Assembly (NCBI GenBank): GCA_043813875.1
Contig: JBDRKP010000001.1
Coordinates: 1-26,465, forward strand
DNA length: 26,465 bases
Reading direction: 5' to 3'
From: an archaeon
Lineage (GTDB): Archaea; EX4484-52; B79-G9
A model generated the notes under the pieces. The model had not been told where the DNA came from and did no database searches. It saw only the letters and a list, made by a program, of their open reading frames with translations. The position numbers were made by a program, and so were the translations under genes. Position 1 is the first letter of the stretch; the number at the start of each line of letters is the position of its first letter. Shown in pieces: positions 8,530 to 18,303 of this stretch.

Positions 8530-9947
8530 TTGTGGTCAAACTTATCGATCGCCTTCGCAAAGATCCACCGCGCCATCAAAATCGCACCCACACCCATCAC
8601 AGCCACAACCCCAAAAACTGATTCTACAGGAAAGAACGACGCAGTCACAAGCGCCACAAGCACAGGCAGGCAATAAGCGAAATACTTCACAAACACCCGC
8701 GCATCATAAAGCACGATATTTGGCGTTAGCCCCGCTATATACACAAGAACCGAAAGCACATAAAAAGACACAGAAAACATCAAAAAAAGATTCAGCACCA
8801 ACAAGTCAAGCTTTCCGGCCGCATACGAGACAGAGAACAATATAGCTACAGACGAAAAAGAACTGATGACAGTATAGCTGATGACCTTCGACACCAGCAC
8901 AGAACGCACAGGCACCGGCAGTATCCTGTAATTGCCAAGCGAATCATACTGGTTAAGCCAGTTGTAGATCCCGGTAGATATCACACCGACAACAATCGCA
9001 AAAGTCATGACCGTATTGTTCAGCACAAAAAAATACTTAGAAAACACATTCATCATCACCCACACCATAGCCGCAGGTATAAGATAAGTAAAAAGTATCT
9101 TAGATACGCCCCCGGTAGTCCGATGCATATCGATAAGATCCTTCGCCACAAACGGGGCATATTTCCTTGTGACACGAAAAAGATAGCCATAGACCGGCAG
9201 AAAAAGATCCCTGCCCCTCCTCCTGCTCGCCGAAACAGGCTCACCTGAAAGCAAAAGAAGCGCAACAAAAATCAGTGCAACAGGCAAAAAAAGCGCAATA
9301 AAAAAAGCATCCGCACTGAAACCTGAAAGCAATGAGACCGGCAGCAATAAAGAAGCGATAACATCAGCGCGAAACCATACCTCATAATAGACAAAAGCAA
9401 TATAGGAAAACACCAGAGATGAGAAAAGAAACACCCCCCTGAACCTTGAATACAGCATAGTGATGAAAAAAGACAAAGATATCCCCCACAAAAAAGCCAG
9501 CGTAAACGTAACAAGCATCATCAAAAGATAACCCGCACCAAACCCCCCCAAAAGCAGCGCAAAAGCGATACCGACACCGACAGGCAATATCGAAAGAAAA
9601 AAATAATATATCACATCCTGCAGGGCAAACGTAAGAAGGATGACACGCGGCGACAGCGGAAGGGTCCTCGAAGAATAAAGAAGAAGACTCAAATGGTCAA
9701 ACCGTATATTCAGCGCATCCTTCGCATGCAGCCCGAACACCCCGACAGACACGCCATATACAAGAAACATGAGATGAACAATGACCGCAAGCGCACGCAT
9801 ATCCAGACTGGACTGCATAGCAGAAAAAGACACAAAATAAGAAAAAAAAGCGACAACAACAGGGTACAAGAAAAAGAACTTCCTGTCAAAAGGGGCAGTA
9901 CGCATGCGATACTCCTCTTTCAGCATGGCAGAAAGAAGTTCAAGCAT
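8517..9947 (-). CDS. Multi-pass membrane protein, probable ABC-2-type permease
   Basis: About 12 hydrophobic segments in two similar halves (KEEYR...TLPLS; KDLID...ILPVP); start overlaps the ABC ATPase stop; ATG 9947 preferred over GTG 9956. Confidence 0.8.
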   Translation of the reverse strand: MLELLSAMLKEEYRMRTAPFDRKFFFLYPVVVAFFSYFVSFSAMQSSLDMRALAVIVHLMFLVYGVSVGVFGLHAKDALNIRFDHLSLLLYSSRTLPLSPRVILLTFALQDVIYYFFLSILPVGVGIAFALLLGGFGAGYLLMMLVTFTLAFLWGISLSFFITMLYSRFRGVFLFSSLVFSYIAFVYYEVWFRADVIASLLLPVSLLSGFSADAFFIALFLPVALIFVALLLLSGEPVSASRRRGRDLFLPVYGYLFRVTRKYAPFVAKDLIDMHRTTGGVSKILFTYLIPAAMVWVMMNVFSKYFFVLNNTVMTFAIVVGVISTGIYNWLNQYDSLGNYRILPVPVRSVLVSKVISYTVISSFSSVAILFSVSYAAGKLDLLVLNLFLMFSVSFYVLSVLVYIAGLTPNIVLYDARVFVKYFAYCLPVLVALVTASFFPVESVFGVVAVMGVGAILMARWIFAKAIDKFDHNQAL

Positions 9948-10668
9948 CCCCACCACGGATCATCCTTATAAATACATTCTCAAGCGTCTCATCCTTCTTC
10001 CCCTTGAGATCCGAAAGCTTATCGCACGCCACAACCTTGCCCTTATCGATAATCGCAATCCTCTCGCACAGCTCATCAGCTATCTCAAGCACATGGGTAG
10101 AAAGAAATATCGTATTGCCCTTCTCTGCATACTCCTTAAGATAGACCTTTATCTTCTTCTGCATTATCGGATCAAGATTTATAAGAGGCTCATCGATGAA
10201 AACGACCTTCGGCTCATGCAGGAACGCCTGGGCAATCATAAGCTTCTGCCTCGTCCCGCGCGACAGGTCCTTGCACAGCACATCCTTCTGGTCCCAAAAC
10301 TCAAGCAGCTCGAACCACCTGGAACATTTGGATTCATAACCCTTTATCTTCCTGATTTTCGCCACAAAATAAAGATACTCAATAGCAGTAAGAAAACTCG
10401 GCGGATTCTCCTGCTCCGGAACGATTCCCACATTCGCCCTGACTCTCACAGCATCTTTTGCGCAATCGATACCCAGCACCATTGCCAAACCGCTCGTCGC
10501 CTTTATCTGCCCCGTAAGTATATTTATCATCGTCGTCTTGCCGGCGCCATTAGGCCCGAGAAACCCGAAAATCTCGCCAGGCCCGACATCAATACTGACA
10601 CCAGAAAGAGCGCACACAGACCCATAATCCTTAACAACCGATTCAGCAGAAATTACATGCTTGACCAT
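9940..10668 (-). CDS. ABC transporter ATP-binding protein (ABC-2/CcmA-like exporter type)
   Basis: GPNGAGKTT Walker A, LSRGTRQK signature variant, FIDEP Walker B, STH switch; TTATATA about 25 nt upstream suggests a near-leaderless promoter. Confidence 0.93.
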   Translation of the reverse strand: MVKHVISAESVVKDYGSVCALSGVSIDVGPGEIFGFLGPNGAGKTTMINILTGQIKATSGLAMVLGIDCAKDAVRVRANVGIVPEQENPPSFLTAIEYLYFVAKIRKIKGYESKCSRWFELLEFWDQKDVLCKDLSRGTRQKLMIAQAFLHEPKVVFIDEPLINLDPIMQKKIKVYLKEYAEKGNTIFLSTHVLEIADELCERIAIIDKGKVVACDKLSDLKGKKDETLENVFIRMIRGGDA

Positions 10669-10719
10669 AGATAACCTTTAGTCACAGGAGTATATAATAT
10701 TTTCCCGCCCGAAAATACA

Positions 10720-11199
10720 CTAGCAACAGAGCCCATAAGCCTTGCAACACACATTGCTATAACCTATATTCGAAGGCACGCAAACCGTACCCGCATCGCA
10801 AAGCGAATAATAGGGCAGCAACCTGCCCTCTTTTAATATATAGAAATCCTTCGACTCAAGCGAGATACTATATACCGGAAAATTAGCGTCATAATAAGGC
10901 CTGAAAACCAGATCAAACCAAAGAACATACCCATTTTCCCTTGCAACCTCCTTCTGCATCTGGACGAACTCGTCAATCTCACTCGTATCAGTCAGGTCCT
11001 TCTTTGCAATCTCATAAAGACCCTTCTCTGCCTCCTCGACAGTCCATATCGGATTATTATCCTGCACAACTGAAAATTCAACCTTCGTGCCCTTATAAAG
11101 AGTAGTGCTCAGCATATGTAGAATGATGACAATCATGATTGCTCCAACTAAAAAAAACTGGCCCTTCCTGTATTTACCACAAAAAGACATAACCATCAA
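10720..11199 (-). CDS. Class III signal peptide (prepilin-like) protein with Cys-rich C-terminus
   Basis: RKG/QFFLVGAIMIVIILH; tail LCDAGTVCVPSNIGYSNVCCKAYGLCC has 6 Cys; last gene of the pilus operon. Confidence 0.75.
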   Translation of the reverse strand: MMVMSFCGKYRKGQFFLVGAIMIVIILHMLSTTLYKGTKVEFSVVQDNNPIWTVEEAEKGLYEIAKKDLTDTSEIDEFVQMQKEVARENGYVLWFDLVFRPYYDANFPVYSISLESKDFYILKEGRLLPYYSLCDAGTVCVPSNIGYSNVCCKAYGLCC

Positions 11200-13277
11200 C
11201 CACTCCTGAAATACACCTTATATGGCTGAAACATATCTGAATCCTCAATAAATGTACTCTTCACAAGCACAGACCCGGAAGCACTTGGACTACGCACCAT
11301 ATCAGACGTATGTCTCACAGACCACAGGATCAATGATCGCAGGATATGCCACTCATCATCCGCACTGACATTCCCCTTGATCCACGCAGCTTTTCTCAAC
11401 CCTTTTTTATGATTGACAATCGCAACCGGCAGTCTCCAGCGCTCAGCAAGCGTCCAGTTCACCAGCGTACCATCCACCGCAATGTCAACTTTATAATACT
11501 CAGGCCCTATCCTCACCATATCACCAGTATAAAACGGCCCCTCACCCACATCATTGCATTTATTATTCTGATTCAAATCAATATTCAGCACATTAAAACC
11601 CTTCGACACATTTGTTATGGTAAACGCGTAAGACAGATTCCATGAAGAACTGTTGTATCTATAGCCGCTTCCCGAAAGCAGGCTATTTGAAGAACATACC
11701 CCCAATCCACTCAGAAAATTATTTACCACGAGCATTTCACCTATATCATAGACCGTATTATTATAGTCCGTATCCTGTTCAAGCACAATATACTGTGTAT
11801 CATTATGCACCGAATATAGCTTGTCCGGATACATATTGACAAATTTATGCCGAGACACAGGCCTGATTTCGACAGATCTCCCCCTTTCATCTATCTTCTT
11901 GACCATAAAATCCGTAGAACCGATATTCAGACTATCATCCACCGCCACAATAGCATCATTCGTAAGATTGTGATCTCCATTCGAATCCACCACAACGCGA
12001 TCATATTCATTGCTGGCATTCATCACCAGGACAAAATGCTTCTCTTTCCTGACATCAACTTCACCTAAATGATATATCGAAGATGCATCTTTCGTCCCGA
12101 TTTTACAATATACCGCAGGATTCACCGAAGTATTGACATACCCTATCAATCCGCTCGCAGTATAAGTCGCACAAGCTAAAGACAGATCCGTACAATTCAC
12201 ATGCCCGATATAATAATCCGTATCTCCAAGATAACAATCATACTCAAAATTCGGGCCAGTATCAGTCCAGGTAAGATTATTATATGTGACCCAGCTAAGA
12301 GTATTGACCATAATATTTGTGAAATTGAAATATTTCAAGATCATATTTGTCGGATCAGTAACTGTTTTCGGAACAATGGATATATTAAGGTCATCAGACG
12401 GCCTTATATCAACGTTTTCAAGATACTGAAGACCGAATATCTCTCTCTGGACTTCATCAAGGTTATCCTTTGTTATATTAGCGACTTCAATTATCGATTT
12501 GCCCTCATCCAGGAAAAGATTCAGCCTGGACTTTATTTTCACAAGATCCATATACCTTGGAATTATCAGGACATCAAGATCCATGATATCAGATTCATTA
12601 GTCCTTGCACGTACAGAGATATTAATCTCACGACCATTTATCGAGAGAGTTCTTAATTTATCTCTATAACGCACAACATCTTCTCCACGTATGAACTCGA
12701 CATCCAAAGTAGCATTGACAACAGACGAAAATATCCATATTTCACCGCTTGCATTCACAGTACTGCTCATAGTCCTTGGCCCCTCATAGGCATCATAAGT
12801 ACCACTTTTATCCGAATCAAAATAGATTGAATCATAATCTATTGCGCCATTAGTATCATTATCCACAAGAACGAACTTATGACCCTGAAACGTCGCATTA
12901 TAACAAGGATACTCTGAGGTAACTCCTTCACTCGCGCATGCCACACTAGCAGTAGAAACCAAAACACTCTCATTAGAAAGCACACCGACAATCAGATTCT
13001 GCGCAATAAGCCCATCAGTATACAGGCCATACGAATACCCGACCCCCAGGAAATGCCTCGCAATCTTAACAAACGCAGCAGGCTTATTCTCCACAATCAT
13101 ACCCGAAAGGCCTGCATCATTAAACGAAGAGATAAATTCCCTAGATACCTGTTTCTGTTTCATCTCTGCCCATCCCGTATTAGACTGCGGATATTGTATG
13201 ATTGTTGCAGTATAGCTCAACAGCAAAAGCGCAGCAAGAATGCCTTCAAGTGCATGCATGAACCCCTTAGATCTCAT
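11196..13277 (-). CDS. Large pilin-like/adhesin protein with class III signal peptide
   Basis: MRSKG/FMHALEGILAALLLL; many N-x-S/T sequons; three DxD/N-rich repeats. ATG 13277 (AGGT RBS) preferred over 13292. Confidence 0.75.
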   Translation of the reverse strand: MRSKGFMHALEGILAALLLLSYTATIIQYPQSNTGWAEMKQKQVSREFISSFNDAGLSGMIVENKPAAFVKIARHFLGVGYSYGLYTDGLIAQNLIVGVLSNESVLVSTASVACASEGVTSEYPCYNATFQGHKFVLVDNDTNGAIDYDSIYFDSDKSGTYDAYEGPRTMSSTVNASGEIWIFSSVVNATLDVEFIRGEDVVRYRDKLRTLSINGREINISVRARTNESDIMDLDVLIIPRYMDLVKIKSRLNLFLDEGKSIIEVANITKDNLDEVQREIFGLQYLENVDIRPSDDLNISIVPKTVTDPTNMILKYFNFTNIMVNTLSWVTYNNLTWTDTGPNFEYDCYLGDTDYYIGHVNCTDLSLACATYTASGLIGYVNTSVNPAVYCKIGTKDASSIYHLGEVDVRKEKHFVLVMNASNEYDRVVVDSNGDHNLTNDAIVAVDDSLNIGSTDFMVKKIDERGRSVEIRPVSRHKFVNMYPDKLYSVHNDTQYIVLEQDTDYNNTVYDIGEMLVVNNFLSGLGVCSSNSLLSGSGYRYNSSSWNLSYAFTITNVSKGFNVLNIDLNQNNKCNDVGEGPFYTGDMVRIGPEYYKVDIAVDGTLVNWTLAERWRLPVAIVNHKKGLRKAAWIKGNVSADDEWHILRSLILWSVRHTSDMVRSPSASGSVLVKSTFIEDSDMFQPYKVYFRSG

Positions 13278-13285
13278 ATCATTAC

Positions 13286-14035
13286 CTACCAATAGACTAT
13301 ATCAACCGTAGTTATCCAATTATTATAAGCTGTAAACCTGGTGACTTTCGAACTCGATGCAGACATAGGAGCATACTTACCGCAATCAAGCATATCCACA
13401 CCCAGTATCAAGAACTCTCCGGTTGTATCAATCTTATCAAATGAAAAAGTGTATTTGCCTAACTGGACCGCATCATCCTGCGCCACCACCGCTATCAACC
13501 CCGAACTGTTAAAGACAGCAACAGAATCATAAAACAACGAAGTCGTATTGAATATTGATTCAAAAACATACTCAATACCCCCAATTGTAGAGTTACCGGT
13601 CCTGTTCAGCCCTTTCATATAATCCGTTCTGATAACAGGACTGCTCTTGATGATTATACGAAAATCATCCTGACCGTCAACATAGAACAACTCCTTGAAG
13701 TAGCTGTAATTTGCTCTCGAATAATCATCATCCATTGTCGTTGTATCATCAAAATAATGAAATATTCCGCAGGCACCCAAAGATGCAATCGACTGATTAT
13801 TGACTCGCGTATCATTTTTCAGATAATCCATAACCTCGATACTCAGCGTCCACGCCTCTTCCCGTATAGCATTCTCACGCGATTCATCAAAGTACTTGGG
13901 AAACACCATGATTGAAGCATATATGATATAAGAGACAACCATGATAAATATGCCGAATCCCGCTATAAACTCTATACTCACCTGCGCCTTTGGCTTCATC
14001 TTACCTGCCCTGCATAACAAACGGATTTTTCTCAT
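13286..14035 (-). CDS. Pilin-like protein with QxSxE class III signal peptide
   Basis: KPKA/QVSIEFIAGFGIFIMVV (Q+1, E+5). Start could be ATG 14035 or 13999. Confidence 0.8.
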   Translation of the reverse strand: MRKIRLLCRAGKMKPKAQVSIEFIAGFGIFIMVVSYIIYASIMVFPKYFDESRENAIREEAWTLSIEVMDYLKNDTRVNNQSIASLGACGIFHYFDDTTTMDDDYSRANYSYFKELFYVDGQDDFRIIIKSSPVIRTDYMKGLNRTGNSTIGGIEYVFESIFNTTSLFYDSVAVFNSSGLIAVVAQDDAVQLGKYTFSFDKIDTTGEFLILGVDMLDCGKYAPMSASSSKVTRFTAYNNWITTVDIVYW

Positions 14036-14042
14036 CGTACCA

Positions 14043-15044
14043 CTAGACAAATATCAAAAACACACACAAAGTCGCAGTTACCATAATAGCCGCGTGTTTT
14101 ATGCCGGCCACCGCCCTGCCTTCACCTATGACTCCTGCAAGAATCCCGCTTGAGATACCTTGGGCAAGACACATGAACAAGAAAAGGCTAACGAAATACA
14201 CATGTTCGCAACCCAGCCCGAATGCGCTCCCAAACGAACACATCGCCTGCGATGGAAGCCCCAAAGCATTGCAATTAGCAGAAGGATCTATCGGTGTAGT
14301 TGGATCCGAAAAATTAATAGAAAGCATCGGCACTATCAACTTATATAGCAGTACTATGATCCCAAGAAACATAAAGAAAATGAAGTACATGATATATATC
14401 TGCTGCGACATTATCGCCTTCTTTTCATCCTCGATCTCCTTGATCAGGCCGATATTCATCGCAATCGAATTCATCGTGCTCGCGATATCCCCGCCGGACC
14501 TGAACGACTCATTTATGATAGTGAACGACTGCTTCATGATAGAACTGCCTTTGATCCTTTCACCAAAACGCTGCATGGCTTTCGGAAACGGCAGACCCCA
14601 TGAAACCTGGTTGTCTGCTTTCCTAACCTCCCGGGAAAGAGGCCCATAATCAATATTCGCTGTCATCGTAAGAGCCTGGGGTATAGTCATCCCTCCCCTG
14701 ACTGCTTCCGAAAAGTCCTTCATGAAACGTGGAAAACTATCCTCCATCCTCTTGAAACGGGCATATCCGAAATACTCATATGCTGTTATCGGCACCACAC
14801 CGACAATCATAGCCATAACCAATAACAGAACACTTAAGGTCTGTCCAAAGCTCTTGCAGTCAGGATCAGGCACATCAGAACACTTACAATTGCATTGATT
14901 ATCTGCACTGCATCCGGCATCTTCATCAGTAACTGCTTTCGGCACACTTGTTATCAGCAAGACGATACCCGCGATAAGCATAATGAAACCCAGAGCCAGG
15001 CTGCCAATCTTCAAAAAAGTCGCTTTTTGCATTTTTTTCGTCAT
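14043..15044 (-). CDS. Type IV pilus/T2SSF platform protein (TadB/TadC-like)
   Basis: MEDSFPRFMKD...GMTIPQAL...DYGPLSREV...SWGLPF...SGGDI T2SSF pattern with 5 TM segments; next to the secretion ATPase. Confidence 0.9.
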   Translation of the reverse strand: MTKKMQKATFLKIGSLALGFIMLIAGIVLLITSVPKAVTDEDAGCSADNQCNCKCSDVPDPDCKSFGQTLSVLLLVMAMIVGVVPITAYEYFGYARFKRMEDSFPRFMKDFSEAVRGGMTIPQALTMTANIDYGPLSREVRKADNQVSWGLPFPKAMQRFGERIKGSSIMKQSFTIINESFRSGGDIASTMNSIAMNIGLIKEIEDEKKAIMSQQIYIMYFIFFMFLGIIVLLYKLIVPMLSINFSDPTTPIDPSANCNALGLPSQAMCSFGSAFGLGCEHVYFVSLFLFMCLAQGISSGILAGVIGEGRAVAGIKHAAIMVTATLCVFLIFV

Positions 15045-15097
15045 TCTAAACCCTCATGAAACTCCAGGATATATGGAGCGATACATTCGCCAACACT

Positions 15098-16021
15098 TCA
15101 CGCCTTCACCGATGGAGCGATACCTTTAATCAATATCATGAAACCAAAAGATGCCAAAGGCAAAAATATGAACGATACAAGGAACTGCGCCGCCACAATA
15201 AATACAGTTGTCTTGGGATCCGCACTCATAGAACCCATGATAGTCGTCAATACCATGAAAAACACAGAACCCACTATCACGACAGTTATATACATCTCAA
15301 TATACATGGAAAGCTGCTGCGTAAACTGGGCCAGCCTTCGCTTGTATTCCTGCATAGTGCTGATAGCCTTCTCATGCAGGAATCTCTGAAGATCACCGCC
15401 CACCACCAATATAGACTTGATACCCCAAAAAATATCCCTGAGATGATCTGAGGGGGTCCTGTTCGCAGCATTCTCGATAGCCAATGCAAGATTCACACCT
15501 AGTACATCCGTCTCCTCGATGATCCTCTCAGCTTCCTTCGATATCTCGCCATACTCCTTGAAATTCGCAAGCGCCCGAAACATCGCAATCGGCGGCGTAC
15601 CGCTACCGGAAATAGTCGCAAGATACAGCGTAGCGAACGGCAACGAATCATCTATCCTCTTTTTCCTGTCAGAAACAATAACAGAAGGATAAGTATAAAA
15701 CAACATAAATATACCGGACGATGACAAAAGACCGAAAAGAAACCCCATAAAAACGCTCAGGATAATAGCAGCAGAAATATTAAGAGACGAAGCTGCAATA
15801 TTAAGCAATCCGAATATTATTATCGGCGATATCAAAGACATAGCAAAAAAGACAACAATTGACGTTGCCGCTGCAACAGACAAGAATTCCACAAGAGTCA
15901 TGGAAATATTCGCACGCTCAAGATCCTTATGAAGATCCTTAAATACAGGCACAAGATACTTCCTCGAGAACTGACCAAAATATCTGTACGAATACTTTGC
16001 ATAATCAGTATTTGCATCCAT
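15098..16021 (-). CDS. Type IV pilus/T2SSF platform protein (TadC-like)
   Basis: RKKRIDDSLPFA...YGEISKE...AANRTPS...GGDL T2SSF pattern; starts 1 nt after the ATPase stop. Confidence 0.9.
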   Translation of the reverse strand: MDANTDYAKYSYRYFGQFSRKYLVPVFKDLHKDLERANISMTLVEFLSVAAATSIVVFFAMSLISPIIIFGLLNIAASSLNISAAIILSVFMGFLFGLLSSSGIFMLFYTYPSVIVSDRKKRIDDSLPFATLYLATISGSGTPPIAMFRALANFKEYGEISKEAERIIEETDVLGVNLALAIENAANRTPSDHLRDIFWGIKSILVVGGDLQRFLHEKAISTMQEYKRRLAQFTQQLSMYIEMYITVVIVGSVFFMVLTTIMGSMSADPKTTVFIVAAQFLVSFIFLPLASFGFMILIKGIAPSVKA

Positions 16022-16022
16022 T

Positions 16023-17807
16023 CTATTCTTCCTCTATAATATTCATCACATCTTGAGGGTTAGAATAATATCGCGAAAAAACCTCGCCTACTTCCATATA
16101 ACCTTTTATTCCTTTCTCTTTAAGCCATCTCAACACTTTGATTCGGTTCATGATCTCAGACTTAAGTTTCATCTCAGTTATACCCTCATCCCTGCAAAGG
16201 CGGCCAAGCAATTCCGAATCCTCATCAAAAACAAACACATCGGACGTTGCATCCCATTTAAGCACCCTCGAGCTATCAAGATATTTCTCATCCGCATCAT
16301 AATAATTGATCTCATGGATCTCCGTAGCCCGCCTCACATTATGATTCCTGTACCTGAAACGTTTCGCAAACACTATCAAGTCAAGAGTTTCCAAAAGCGA
16401 CGATGGCAACTGGATTGGCGGAGTCGTAAGACGATCAATCACCTTCTCAAGAGAATCAGCATGCATGGTAGATAAACCTGCATGCCCGGTCGCCATTGCC
16501 TGGAAAAGTATAAACGCCTCCTTGCCCCTGACTTCACCGACAATAAGATAATCCGGCCTCTGCCTCAATGCACCTCTCAAAAGATCAAACATGCTCACCT
16601 CACCCAGCCTCTTATCAGTGCCAGCCACATATGAACTTATGCCTTCCCTTGCGATCTCAGGAATCCAATGCACATGCGGAAGACGCAATTCAGGCGTATC
16701 CTCGATAGAGACGATCTTCATGCCCGGCCTTATAAAAAGCGACAGAGCATTCAGGAGTGTTGTCTTACCGGAAGCTGTCGGTCCGCAGACAAGTATCGAT
16801 CGATTATGCTCGATGACAAACCAAAGATAAGCAAGCATCTTGACATCGACTGTATTAGTTTCCAATAGATGTATCGGCGTCATCGGCTCCTTCGTGAATT
16901 TCCTTATGGTGAAATTCGAACCCCTCTTGGCAATATCTGTCTCAAGCGTAGCCTGAACCCTTGAACCATCTGGAAGAGCTCCCTGAAAAATGGGTTCTGC
17001 AACAGATACAGTCTTGCCGCACCTCTGTGACAACTTCATGACAAAATCATCAAGCTCATCCCTTGTCTTAAAGAATACATCTGACCTCAAAGAACCGTAT
17101 TTCGAATTCCTGTGATATACGAACACAGGAATATCAATACCGTCACAGCTTATATCCTCGATATTTGGATCATTAAGGATAGGTTGGAGACGGTCAAGAT
17201 CGATGAAATTTCTCAAGAGATAATAATAATATTTCTCTTTCTGTTCCGGCGTCATCTTCATCCCATACTGCATTACTATCTGCTCAATCAACTTAATCAA
17301 ATAACCCTTTGCTGCATCTTTATGTACAGACTCAAAATGGACATTTATTTTTTCTACGATGGCATTCTTTATCCGCGAAACATCCCTCATCTCAACTTCA
17401 GTAAGTTCTGGCTCCGAGACACAATATTCCAAAGATTTTAACTCTGGATTCCACTTGATATCCGCCCATGCATAAACCGTTTCATTTTCAGATGGGTCCA
17501 CAGGCGTAAGAGGATAGCGCTCATTTATAGTCTGGGCTTCAGAATAATCAACATCGATACCCTCGCCCCTCGTTTTTTCCAGATCACGAAGAGAGACAAC
17601 TTTATAGTCCTTCTCACGGACCTTCCGCTTCCTCTTAGGCTGCTGCTGCTCTGGCTGCAAACCCTTCAGCACTGGAATAAGCTGATTCACAATACCGATA
17701 TCAATATTAGGATAATCTTGCGCCAGAGAATCCTTCTTTTTTTCCATATGTTTCTTATACCTTGATTTAAAGGCCTTGACACTTTTCTTCAGATTCAATG
17801 TCTTCAT
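16023..17807 (-). CDS. Type II/IV secretion (VirB11/FlaI-family) pilus assembly ATPase
   Basis: IEDISCDG, LPDGSRV, TIRKF, GPTASGKTT, SIEDTPEL, RQRPDYLIVGEVRG and TGHAGLSTMHA. ATG 17807 lies just after the upstream stop. Confidence 0.95.
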   Translation of the reverse strand: MKTLNLKKSVKAFKSRYKKHMEKKKDSLAQDYPNIDIGIVNQLIPVLKGLQPEQQQPKRKRKVREKDYKVVSLRDLEKTRGEGIDVDYSEAQTINERYPLTPVDPSENETVYAWADIKWNPELKSLEYCVSEPELTEVEMRDVSRIKNAIVEKINVHFESVHKDAAKGYLIKLIEQIVMQYGMKMTPEQKEKYYYYLLRNFIDLDRLQPILNDPNIEDISCDGIDIPVFVYHRNSKYGSLRSDVFFKTRDELDDFVMKLSQRCGKTVSVAEPIFQGALPDGSRVQATLETDIAKRGSNFTIRKFTKEPMTPIHLLETNTVDVKMLAYLWFVIEHNRSILVCGPTASGKTTLLNALSLFIRPGMKIVSIEDTPELRLPHVHWIPEIAREGISSYVAGTDKRLGEVSMFDLLRGALRQRPDYLIVGEVRGKEAFILFQAMATGHAGLSTMHADSLEKVIDRLTTPPIQLPSSLLETLDLIVFAKRFRYRNHNVRRATEIHEINYYDADEKYLDSSRVLKWDATSDVFVFDEDSELLGRLCRDEGITEMKLKSEIMNRIKVLRWLKEKGIKGYMEVGEVFSRYYSNPQDVMNIIEEE

Positions 17808-17808
17808 C

Positions 17809-18303
17809 TTAGTAATTATTAACACCCCTCATCAATACCTTTCCATCATCAAACTCAAGCCGAAGCATGTTATCCGCATAAGATAGACCCTGAAGCTCAA
17901 CAGATATATTCTTCTCATTCCAGATTTTATTATTGTCGTGTATCAATATCCTTTTTTTGCTATCCTCGCCAAGAATAGTATACGCCTCTCCACCAATCTC
18001 ATCGGGTAGTCTGATCGTTACATGGCACTGTGTGCAATCCATGCTATCCAGCGATGCGATATATGCTTTGAGATATCCATTAATCTCCTCTGCCTGTTCA
18101 TCCTGGACAAATTCAAGTATTTTATCATTAAGAGAATTGAAAATAAAGATTACCCCTGCAATTATTATGACCCCTAATGTGAACATCATCATTTCTTCAA
18201 GTACAAGGACCTGGCCCTTCCTTACTTTTTTACTAGCTAGGTCTGGCTTCCGGCCACAACAATGATTATATAGTCCATGAGTCATTATATCATCGCTGCT
18301 CAT
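17809..18303 (-). CDS. Pilin-like protein with class III signal peptide
   Basis: KKVRKG/QVLVLEEMMMFTLGVIIIAGVI; LPDEIGGEAYTI motif seen in archaeal minor pilins; ATGA overlap with the upstream gene. Confidence 0.8.
   Translation of the reverse strand: MSSDDIMTHGLYNHCCGRKPDLASKKVRKGQVLVLEEMMMFTLGVIIIAGVIFIFNSLNDKILEFVQDEQAEEINGYLKAYIASLDSMDCTQCHVTIRLPDEIGGEAYTILGEDSKKRILIHDNNKIWNEKNISVELQGLSYADNMLRLEFDDGKVLMRGVNNY

Noticed and set aside
4855..15100. TGA recoding, suggested by open frames after some TGA codons
   Set aside because: ppcA, lysA, dapA and the ABC ATPase end at TGA at expected lengths, and no conserved gene has an internal TGA.
17620..17640. PKRKRKV in the pilus ATPase N-terminus, similar to the SV40 nuclear localisation signal
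   Set aside because: A basic low-complexity linker in an archaeal cytoplasmic ATPase; most likely coincidence.
14043..17807. Archaellum (flaI/flaJ) assignment
   Set aside because: No flaH or archaellins; the split TadC pair and QxSxE pilin indicate a type IV pilus.
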